From Pirellulales bacterium (GTDB lineage Bacteria; Planctomycetota; Planctomycetia; Pirellulales; JAEUIK01), in assembly GCA_019745975.1 (NCBI GenBank), contig JAIESQ010000006.1:48433-112432 (forward strand): a DNA stretch of 64,000 nucleotides. Direction: 5' to 3'. The notes under the pieces are model-generated. The model worked only from the letters and a program-made list of their open reading frames with translations. It searched no databases and had not been told where the DNA came from. A program made the position numbers and the translations under genes. Below, one piece after another: positions 25,945-34,160 of this stretch; within the stretch, counting starts at the first letter, position 1; each line of letters starts with the position of its first letter.

Positions 25945-27501
25945 TTACCGTGGCCGGCGCAGGCAGCAGCGCTTGAACTTCTTGCCGCTGCCGCACGGGC
26001 AAGGCTCGTTGCGACCGACTTTAACGCGGGAGGCGCTCTGATGATGGCTGGCTAGCTCAGTCGCGATGCGGGTGGGAGGGAGGAGCGGACGGTCGGTGAA
26101 GCGGTGTACCGGGCCTTCACCGGAGACTTCCAGCTCCTTCTGGATGTCGGCGGCCGAAGACTCCATTTCGGGCGTCCATCGATCGCCTTCTAGGATGACG
26201 ACGTCGAAGGTGCGGTACGGTTCTTCGCCAGCTTCGGACGCAATGCCCAGCACGCGTCGATACCGTCGGTGTTTGCTGGCGACAAGGAAACAGTAGTCGC
26301 GCAGGTATTGTTGCCGAGCCTGACGGTACTCAGTGACGGACGGGAAGGCATTGGGGACGAACACGAAGACGTAGAGGGTGTCGAGGAGCGATGGTGACGC
26401 GACGACCCTGTAGTCGACCCTATCTTTCGTGCCATGCGTCCAGCGTTCGTACATCTTCGCAGCGAGGAAGGCGCGGGCCCAGCGCGGTTCTTTCGCCATG
26501 CAACGGAAGATCTGTTCGTTCGCGGTCACGGTCTCGGGGCTGCCCTGGACGAGTGTGCCGGCGAAAGCATGCGTGGCGAACTCTTGGATGATGTGGTCCC
26601 AGATATAGCTTGGCTGGAGAGTTCGTCGCGATTCGCGGTACCAGTCGGTCTCCGTGACCAGGTCCCAGGGACCATCGCCGACGTGCACGAGAGCGCCGTC
26701 CTTCGCCTCGCTCAACAGGGTGCGCCAGTCGCCGGTGTGGACGTAGCGGCTCAGGAACAAGCCGAGGAGGTTCTCTTCACCGGCGACGTGTCCGATCTTG
26801 TTCGATTGGAATAGTGCCTCCTTGAACTCAAGGTAGGACACGAGGTCGGTGACTGTGTCGAGTTCTTTCAGGATCAGCGGGAGGGTGAAGTCATCGAGGA
26901 CATGGAAATACCGTGCGTCGGCGCCGACAGAACCGACTGCGAAAGGCTGGACATCGAAGGCCTGTAGGTCGTAGTGGGCTCTGCCGACGATCGCGGGCGA
27001 GAGCGAGAGGCTGCCGCTGCCGCCTCGATGCTGACGGCAGCAATCCTGTGCACCTAGGGCGACGACGATCCGATGGAAACGGCACGTGGCGATATCAGGC
27101 AACGAGACCGGCAAGGGCTCAGTGCACTTATTGTCTAAGTAGACTCGGTCGGGGTGCTGGTTGAGCCAGCGTTCTGCTCCGATCAGTTGTCTGGCAGACT
27201 CGCTGACCGTCTTTCGGAACCAGCGGGACCAGTCGAGTTTCACGTTGCCGGTGTCAGGGAAGGCGCAGCTCTTGTCGGAGAAGAGGAGGATGTGGTTGTC
27301 GCAGACGACGGTCAGGTCACAGAGCTCCTTGGGTCCGCCCTGGTCGCGGAACGTGTTCGCATAGCTCCAGAAACCCAAGAACGTCTGCTCGCAGAGTCTC
27401 GCCACCAGTCGCTCGCTCGGAGTGCTCCCTTCGGATTTGGTTGGGGCCATCATCCATGTCCGTGGCGGGTGGCGGCGGGGCAGAGCTTCGAACGGGTTCA
27501 C
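25945..27501 (-). CDS. Protein with N-terminal PD-(D/E)xK/NERD-like core and C-terminal SEC-C zinc motif
   Basis: The C-terminus ends in NEPCPCGSGKKFKRCC. The N-terminus has SERLVARLCE...ELCDLTVVCDNHILLFSDKS. GTG start at 27501; the alternative is MMAPT at 27453. Confidence 0.8.
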   Translation of the reverse strand: MNPFEALPRRHPPRTWMMAPTKSEGSTPSERLVARLCEQTFLGFWSYANTFRDQGGPKELCDLTVVCDNHILLFSDKSCAFPDTGNVKLDWSRWFRKTVSESARQLIGAERWLNQHPDRVYLDNKCTEPLPVSLPDIATCRFHRIVVALGAQDCCRQHRGGSGSLSLSPAIVGRAHYDLQAFDVQPFAVGSVGADARYFHVLDDFTLPLILKELDTVTDLVSYLEFKEALFQSNKIGHVAGEENLLGLFLSRYVHTGDWRTLLSEAKDGALVHVGDGPWDLVTETDWYRESRRTLQPSYIWDHIIQEFATHAFAGTLVQGSPETVTANEQIFRCMAKEPRWARAFLAAKMYERWTHGTKDRVDYRVVASPSLLDTLYVFVFVPNAFPSVTEYRQARQQYLRDYCFLVASKHRRYRRVLGIASEAGEEPYRTFDVVILEGDRWTPEMESSAADIQKELEVSGEGPVHRFTDRPLLPPTRIATELASHHQSASRVKVGRNEPCPCGSGKKFKRCCLRRPR

Positions 27502-27523
27502 TCCGGCAAGAGTGTCCTGAGGG

Positions 27524-27889
27524 CTACTCTCCGTGCGGCAAGTCGCGGATCCAGTTGCTCAGTACTTTGGCCGCGGCACGGGCGACGGTGACCTCGAACT
27601 GCTCGTGCTTCTCCGCTGCCGCGGCGCGGTACTTCTCGGCGTCCCTGATGTACATCAACTCGATCACGTTGAGGACGTAGAACTCGAGCTTGCCGTCGTC
27701 TTCCTCAGGTCGATCGAACACCAAGGTCTGGGAGTTGACTAGGTCGCGGCATATCTGGATCGCCGCGAACTGTTCAAGCGTAAGTGCGAGCGACGTGGAC
27801 CTCTCGATCGCTTCGGGTTTCTTCTCGACATACATGGACTGCAAGTTGCTTGCAATCCAGCTGGCGGCTTCTTGTTCGTTGTACTGCAT
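27524..27889 (-). CDS. Small acidic helical protein, 121 aa
   Basis: In-frame ATG (MQYNEQEAASWI...) within ORF 27524..28087. Sits between the two nuclease-like genes, 22 nt upstream of the SEC-C gene. Confidence 0.6.
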   Translation of the reverse strand: MQYNEQEAASWIASNLQSMYVEKKPEAIERSTSLALTLEQFAAIQICRDLVNSQTLVFDRPEEDDGKLEFYVLNVIELMYIRDAEKYRAAAAEKHEQFEVTVARAAAKVLSNWIRDLPHGE

Positions 27890-27995
27890 GGGGTTCCGCG
27901 CTGTGCTCCGCGACCTGTGCCTAAGGACGAATGTGGCGTTGGGCTGTTGGATGCAGGCGAGTCGCATGGGCGGGCGTCGTCGTCGTGTCCCTAAC

Positions 27996-28018
27996 AGTTG
28001 TCGTGGGCGGGGACAGGT
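27996..28018. promoter_or_regulatory. 23-nt conserved operator-like motif, site 1
   Basis: AGTTGTCGTGGGCGGGGACAGGT matches 29872-29894 at 21/23. Imperfect inverted half-sites AGTTGTC / GACAGGT. Confidence 0.5.
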
Positions 28019-28067
28019 AAATTCAGAAGAGCCTCGACTGGGGCCGTCGATTGACCCGCGGCTTTGC

Positions 28068-29702
28068 TCAGGCCGTAGGAACAACACCCACTGCGAACGG
28101 CCAACGCTGCGCGTCCTTGAAGCCGTCCATGAGCTGGGTAAGGGAGACGCACGGGTAATCGGGGATGAAATAGCTGGCGTACGTCGGGTGCAGTGTCACC
28201 AGCGCGCCCGCCAAGTGGGTCGGCGCCACTCGGGGGCACCCGGGCAGCAACGAGGACAGACCTGTGCAGACGGCCGGGAGGTTCGCCCGCACCCAGGTGA
28301 GCTTCCGTCGCAGCTGCTCGGCGTAAGGCTTGCTGCCGGTGACGAAGCTGCTTATGTCGTCCCGGAAATAGCTCGGCTCGGAGGCACCATCGACAAATTT
28401 GTCTTCTAGCAAGACCAGCAGCTGGTGCTCTGGCAGATAGCCGAGGTAGTCGATCTCTCCAACGGCCGGCGGGGTTTGGATGCGGTCAACCCCTAAGCCG
28501 ATCCCGTCTTTCAGTGACGGCTTCCCAACGAAACCAAGCACCGCCATGTTGCTGTCTACCTGGTCTTCGAACCATTTGCCCACTTTTCTCTGGAGAGCGG
28601 CGAGAGCTGTGTCGATTGGGCCAGCCTTCCACTCTGGAGGACAGCGCTGGAAGAGTGTGCCCTTCATTAGCTCGAACAGGCATTCGCGGGCCATCGTGCG
28701 CGACCACACGAGGTGTGGCCCGGTCTCGTGCGGCATCTCGAAGAACGCGCGGCGGAGGGCGCGGTATTCCTGCTTCGGCTTGAAGATCGTTCGGTTCTCT
28801 TGCTCCATTTTCAGCTTCGGGAGCGAGAAGCCGTCGAGAAGCTGCTCGATCGCATCCGCGTGCCAGCCCGTCGCTTGTCGGATCTGCTCGATGATGAGCG
28901 CACGCCGGACGAACGGGACATCGAAGCTGTCGGGGTCTGGGACGACCGCCCCATCGACCACCTGCATCAACGCCTGGATCCCGTCCTTGTATCCGAAGCC
29001 GAATGCAGCGCGAAAGCCCTCATCGAGCTCCGCGGCCTGGTAGTTCAAGTCGTAGCGGAGGGGCAGGCCTGCCAGATACTCTTTCTGTCGGGCAGTGTCG
29101 CGGCCAATCCGAGATGGGAAGTCGCTGTATCGCTCGAAGTGCTGGACCTTCAACTCAAGGTAGTCCAACGTTCCTTCGGGATGGATCGTGAGTACCGTGT
29201 CGTCGGGATGGACACCATGCGTCTGGTCGCTCAAGTGGTAGAGCTGGACGAGCATCTCGCTGCATATGACGATCGTGTCCAGGTTAAGAGGCATTGCCGC
29301 TCTCTCGAGCGCCGGTGCTTCGGGCGGTGCGAGCATCGCCACGACTTCCGCCAAGTGTTTCAGGGCGCGGCGAATGAGCGGTCCGTGGTTCGCCCAGTAC
29401 GCCGTGTCGTCGCCCGACAGGCGACCTGATTTGTGCAGCTGGGTGACTTTCGCCGCCGCGTCATACTGGCCGAGGAGGAACTCCATTAACTGGCGTGACG
29501 CTGACTTCGGGATCTCGGCGTGCAGCAGGCTGTAGAAATGGGCGAACCGCGACTGGATGATCTCGTTGATCTTCTTGGGGTCCTTGTAGACGCCGCTTGA
29601 ATAGCCGTCGCGGAGTTGCTTCTCGGCCTCGGTCCGCGCGAGTACCTCGCTCTGAAGTCGCGGGCGATACAGGAGGACGCCGCCAACCCGTTTGACTTCC
29701 AT
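28068..29702 (-). CDS. Large protein with C-terminal PD-(D/E)xK-like nuclease core
   Basis: WFEDQVDS...GEIDYLGYLPEHQLLVLLEDKFV gives the E / D / ExK order. GAGGGAAGG upstream of the ATG. No family recognised for the N-terminal ~400 aa. Confidence 0.8.
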   Translation of the reverse strand: MEVKRVGGVLLYRPRLQSEVLARTEAEKQLRDGYSSGVYKDPKKINEIIQSRFAHFYSLLHAEIPKSASRQLMEFLLGQYDAAAKVTQLHKSGRLSGDDTAYWANHGPLIRRALKHLAEVVAMLAPPEAPALERAAMPLNLDTIVICSEMLVQLYHLSDQTHGVHPDDTVLTIHPEGTLDYLELKVQHFERYSDFPSRIGRDTARQKEYLAGLPLRYDLNYQAAELDEGFRAAFGFGYKDGIQALMQVVDGAVVPDPDSFDVPFVRRALIIEQIRQATGWHADAIEQLLDGFSLPKLKMEQENRTIFKPKQEYRALRRAFFEMPHETGPHLVWSRTMARECLFELMKGTLFQRCPPEWKAGPIDTALAALQRKVGKWFEDQVDSNMAVLGFVGKPSLKDGIGLGVDRIQTPPAVGEIDYLGYLPEHQLLVLLEDKFVDGASEPSYFRDDISSFVTGSKPYAEQLRRKLTWVRANLPAVCTGLSSLLPGCPRVAPTHLAGALVTLHPTYASYFIPDYPCVSLTQLMDGFKDAQRWPFAVGVVPTA

Positions 29703-29871
29703 GTGGCCTTCCCTCTGGTCAAAGCCCGGACTCTGGTGGCGTCGGAGCAGGTCATTGGCGGCGAGCAGGCCGTCGCTCTAGGTTTCGGCAACTCGGGGGC
29801 GTAGCAAATGCATTGCTGCGCCGCGATGGCCAGATGCAGGCTGGACGGACGGTGCCCCGCGGCACTCAATA

Positions 29872-29894
29872 AGTTGTCGCGGCCGGGGACAGGT
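29872..29894. promoter_or_regulatory. 23-nt conserved operator-like motif, site 2
   Basis: AGTTGTCGCGGCCGGGGACAGGT, about 170-190 nt upstream of the 29702 start codon. Confidence 0.5.
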
Positions 29895-30317
29895 TTTCTT
29901 TAGTGCGGGCCGTGGTCCCTGTGGCTACTTGGCGGGGATTTGGCTCGCAGACCCGTACCGAGCCCGGAGTAGGCGCTGGGGACTGGAGGCCCCAGCTCCC
30001 GGGAGAGAGATGCTGGCGATCGGTCGGATGCAGGGTGCTTGAGACCCGAAGGACCGCAAGCTACAGACGCCGGAGATCGGACGTAAAGTCCGTCGTCGAA
30101 ACGCCTAACGTGCGAGGCGACCGCCCCTAGTTTCTAGGGAGGACTACGAGAGCCGGCGTAATGCCCTGATTTGGTGTAGCAGAAATGGGCTGGAGTATAG
30201 AGCAAGAGGGCGCAGAGAGCGGTGCGGACCCTGTCGATAACTAAATAGGCAAGGGGCCTAGGGTTGGGGCGTGGTTGAGATTGGCGTGGTCTTGAGAATC
30301 GGTGGGGGCGCTCGTCG

Positions 30318-31247
30318 ATGTGGGTAAAGCGCGGGCTGCAATTCTTCTTCGTGGCTCTTCTCCTGCTTCGGCCGTTATACGCTGTCGCTCAAGGGCCATC
30401 GAGTCGGCCTACCATCTCTGGTCCACCGGTCGAGATGTTCTTCCGTGACGGGACGAGCCGGACAGTGGAGACCGAAGTCCCCGTTCCCGACTTGTTTCGG
30501 ATGGAAGCCCCGTTCGTCGAGCGGAACATCCGCTTCGACTATCTGAGCACGAACAATCTGCACGAGCCGCGCTCCGATGAATCGCAGTTCTTCACGGAGG
30601 TCTCGTATTCGTTTTCAGACCGTCTCGGCGTCATCGTGGCCAGTCCGTTGTTACTACGCGACAACTTCTTCGGCCCGGACACCGCGGGCTTCGGCGACCT
30701 GGAAGCTGGTGTGCGCTACGTCCTCTTAGGCTACAAGAACGACGATCCCTTCAAACTGGCGTTGGGGCTCAACGTGGCGGCGCCGACGGGTGACGTCGAC
30801 CGAGAGCTGGGTGCAGGGCAGACTTTCATCGAACCGGAGGTCTTGCTTTTTCAAAGAGTCGCCAGGCAGACCTTCGTCCAAGGGCAATTCAGCTTAGGTA
30901 TCCCGACGGCAGACGATGGTTCGAGTACTGAGTTCGGTTGGAACGTGGGACTAGGATACGTGTTCACTGACGTTGCAGCGTCCCAGTACTTCAAGTTTCC
31001 GACTGCCGTGTTTGAACTCAACGGGGGCACAGCGCTTGGGGGCTTCGAGGCTGGCACCACAGTGCTTGATGTGACCTCTGGACTGAGATGGACGATCGGC
31101 AGCAAGGCGTTTGGAGGCGTGGCCGTGAGTGTCCCCGTTACAGAGTCGAGGGAGTTTGAGGCTCAGTTCATCTTCAGCGTGATTTACCGGTATGGGGCTC
31201 CTGAGGAGGTAGGCAGGGATCCGACATCGTCACGAGCATACTTTTAG
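30318..31247 (+). CDS. Outer-membrane beta-barrel protein (MetA-pathway/transporter-like)
   Basis: Signal peptide ...LLRPLYAVAQG, alternating beta-strand pattern, GFGDLEAGVRY motif, C-terminal aromatic residue (..RAYF). Confidence 0.7.
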   Translation: MWVKRGLQFFFVALLLLRPLYAVAQGPSSRPTISGPPVEMFFRDGTSRTVETEVPVPDLFRMEAPFVERNIRFDYLSTNNLHEPRSDESQFFTEVSYSFSDRLGVIVASPLLLRDNFFGPDTAGFGDLEAGVRYVLLGYKNDDPFKLALGLNVAAPTGDVDRELGAGQTFIEPEVLLFQRVARQTFVQGQFSLGIPTADDGSSTEFGWNVGLGYVFTDVAASQYFKFPTAVFELNGGTALGGFEAGTTVLDVTSGLRWTIGSKAFGGVAVSVPVTESREFEAQFIFSVIYRYGAPEEVGRDPTSSRAYF

Positions 31248-31640
31248 CCAATTAGGCCTTAAGTGGCTATCGGCCGGACGGCAGGCGACCGGCATCTGCG
31301 GCTATCAAGCCTTGCAACGTCGCCAGAAACGTCATCGCGGAACCTCTTGACGATCTCCTTTCGCGATTCCGTCAGCAGAGCTGAGTCGGGACCTTCGGTT
31401 GCCTTATCTGTCTTCCTTGCGCAGAGCCAGCCCGCCGCCAGAACTGGCCGCGGCGACATATCCTCCTCCGGCGTGAATGTCGAAATGGCTTTCGAGGGAC
31501 GACGCGCTGAATTGAGGCAGTCGCTCTTCTGGCCGACTAACTGTAGAGCGTGTCGATGCCAGGGCCAGGAAGAGAGCTGCGGAGACGATGGCCGGACTGC
31601 CGAATGCGCGACGATGCGAACGAGGAGGATGCGGAACGCC

Positions 31641-32261
31641 TCAACGACGCCCGCGCCTTTCGGCTGAAGAGGTGCCACTTCCCCCGCTCGCTGACGCAGG
31701 TGAAGCGAGCTCGTTCGCGCTCGGGCAGTTTGGGTATGTCCTGGCCGCGCAGGATGAGGTACCTAGCCCATTGCGCGAGGCATCCGATATAGCGAAGAGG
31801 TAAAGGGAATAGGTGGATCCCGCGACTAGTGCCGCTAGAGTCACATCCGTGACGCTGGCACCAGCAAGGAAGAAGAACATTGCCGAACTGAAAGCTATCA
31901 GCGCGGCAGCGACGCCCACTTCCTCCCCAAAGAATCGCTTCCCGTAGCTCCAGATGACCACGAGTAGAGCGACGGCAGCCAACCAGCTTGGGAGGCGCGC
32001 TGTCCACTCATCGATTTCGAACAGACGATACGCACTGGCCGTCAGCCAAAAGTGCAGCGGTGGCTTCCCGAAGTATGGGACTATCCCTTCGGGCATCGGC
32101 AGCCGAGGCGTAAGCCAATCGTGCAAGAGTACCATCTCTTGCGCGACGCTCGCGTAACGTGTCTCTGTCGGATCGAGCAGGTCCGTGTACCCTAGGAGGA
32201 AGCCACGCAAGAGAACGGCGCCCAGGAGCAATAGAAGAGGAACACGTATGACGCTGGTCAT
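31641..32261 (-). pseudogene. Truncated ArnT/PMT-type GT-C glycosyltransferase fragment (N-terminal ~165 aa only)
   Basis: DPTETRYASVAQEMVLLHDWLTPRLP...YFGKPPLHFWL...EWTARLPSWL is the conserved N-terminal module. After about residue 165 the frame degenerates into low-complexity S/A/G/R sequence, and no continuation was found in other frames. Confidence 0.6.
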
Positions 32262-32544
32262 GTGGTACGACAGTAGCGCCTCATTAGTGAATCCACAAGG
32301 TCGAGCGCATCTAAGGCCCGGCGTAGGCCCGATGCTTCCGACGCAGGGAGACCGACCTCGGTCGTCCTAAGGCACGGACACGGGAGGCGCAGAAAACGCC
32401 GTTGGCGACTCCGAGCGCAGCTTAGAAGGCATTGGAGACAGCGGCGGCGGCGCGAAGCCGTAGATGGTCTGAGGAATTGCGTAGCTGAGCCAGTTGAGCT
32501 TTGAGGTTCGACAGTCTCGGCACGAGCGCCCTCTCCTAAGGAGT

Positions 32545-32740
32545 CTTCGCCTGCCTTCGTCCGCCTGTCATCGTCGGGGCTCGCCCGCTGAGGCCGAAGG
32601 GCCGTTGGCCCCCGACGGGGACGGGGCGGCGAAGGCGAGGTACTGTCCGTCTCCGCCTGCTGGATTTGCCGCAAACAGCGGGCGGGCTACAGGCGGACCT
32701 GCCTTTGTTGGTCCCGATTCGGAGGGGGCTCGTCCGGGGT
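32545..32740 (+). repeat. Structured non-coding element, family 1, copy B
   Basis: GCCTTCGTCCGCCTGTCATCGTCGGGG ... CCCCGACGGGGACGGGGCGGCGAAGGC hairpin, then CCTGCCTTTGTTGGTCCCGATTCGGAGGGGGCTCGTCCG. Confidence 0.5.
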
Positions 32741-32905
32741 GCTTGGATTTAGAGGGGGGATCAGGTAGAACTAGCGCTCGACAATCTGAATACCCTGATG
32801 GGAACCCGGTCAGGCAAAACAAACAGGGCGACGGCTAGTGCAACGCAAGCACCAATCCGGCGTCCTGTTATTTTTTGCGCTGATGCGCAGGAAAGGAAGT
32901 TTCAG

Positions 32906-33628
32906 ATGATTGATGCTGAATTGCAGGTCCGATTTGCGAGGGCGGTTTCGGAACTCTCCGCCGTGGCCGAAGCAGCGGGAATCAATGTCGCGGACGAGGA
33001 CACGGATGGTGAGGTTCGCCTCTGGCTCGACGGCAACGATGCGCCCCTCGATTGGGCCGGGCCAAAGTTGACATCCGATGAGTGGTTCTTTGTCACGACG
33101 CTCTATGGCCCGTGGAACCTGGGGCGTCAACGCTCGCTGATTCGAAGGTGCTTTCCCCGCTTTGTGAGGCAGGCCGGGCGAGAAATGCAAAGCGTCTCCG
33201 ACGAAATGTTTGTCGACTGGGGCTTATTGGCTTGGATGGGAAAGAGGCTTTGCCGAATGGCCGAAGTGCTTAAGAAGCTCGGCATGACGATGGAGAGGTA
33301 CGCGAACTTGCTGCGCGACTTGGAGGCAATGGCGACTCCGGAGGATCCGATGCCCGGGCTCGATCGAATCATGCACGACCATCGGGCCGGGGAAGGAAAG
33401 ACGCTGAGCGTCTTTGTGCGTGACTGCGCAAAAGGGAACTGTTTCCCGATAGACACTCGGGTCGCGAAGCAGCTTGAAGTTTTCGGGCTTCCCAGAGACG
33501 AAAGTTGGCTCGTGAGCCGTTGCCTTGGGATGGGATTGAATCCGCGTCGGATCGCACGAATCTTCTACCAGGCGGCAGACCCGTCAGAGCGTACGATTGG
33601 CCGTAAGTGCATGGCCAATCGTAATTAG
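32906..33628 (+). CDS. Hypothetical protein with HhH-GPD-like C-terminal segment
   Basis: GGAAAGGAAG upstream of ATG 32906. FPIDTRVAKQLEVFGLP resembles the vDtHv.Rv..RlGl segment of EndoIII-type glycosylases. Weak. Confidence 0.5.
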   Translation: MIDAELQVRFARAVSELSAVAEAAGINVADEDTDGEVRLWLDGNDAPLDWAGPKLTSDEWFFVTTLYGPWNLGRQRSLIRRCFPRFVRQAGREMQSVSDEMFVDWGLLAWMGKRLCRMAEVLKKLGMTMERYANLLRDLEAMATPEDPMPGLDRIMHDHRAGEGKTLSVFVRDCAKGNCFPIDTRVAKQLEVFGLPRDESWLVSRCLGMGLNPRRIARIFYQAADPSERTIGRKCMANRN

Positions 33629-34160
33629 CGACTTCGACCACGTCTTTAGGGGAGTCAAAAAAAGTTCAATAGCCGTCCTGTTGCCCCGATTTGCCTTTCT
33701 TAACGAGTCATCCTTCCCGACCGACACATCAACACGAACGCCAGTTGCCTGTTGCCCGGCCGATAGTGCCTCGGCCCAATAGGCAGGCAATTTGTTGCGG
33801 GGCGTTGGGCGCTGGCAGACCTCAATCGGCGGCTCGGCAGCACCGACGGTTAGTACGCCCCTGACCACTTTGTTCGACGTGCGCTTGCCCTGGGCTCACT
33901 TCTCGAAGGCCAGATAGAGCTGAGCGTCACCTTCACCGGTATTCGTTGACACCAGGCGATATCGACGCCGATCGGTATTTCCCGGAAGCGACCATCTTGA
34001 TTTATTCATCAACGAACACCGACAAACTTGGCGACGTTAAGCCGAGCGTCACGGACAAATGGTTGCACCTATTAGCGATAGCACTCGCGATAGGCCTCAG
34101 CTGGAAGGCCGCGTGGGCCGTCATCGCACGTCAACGCCGCGGGCCCGCGCGGCAGAATGA

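Larger units (their letters stand above)
1..33900. mobile_element. Composite genomic island / integrated mobile element (left end outside window, right boundary approximate)
   Basis: Visibly lower GC than 34.2-64 kb. Carries a tyrosine recombinase, ArdA, a DUF932-like gene, metal-efflux cargo and a truncated gene fragment near the right edge. No att direct repeat or tRNA target identified. Confidence 0.55.
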
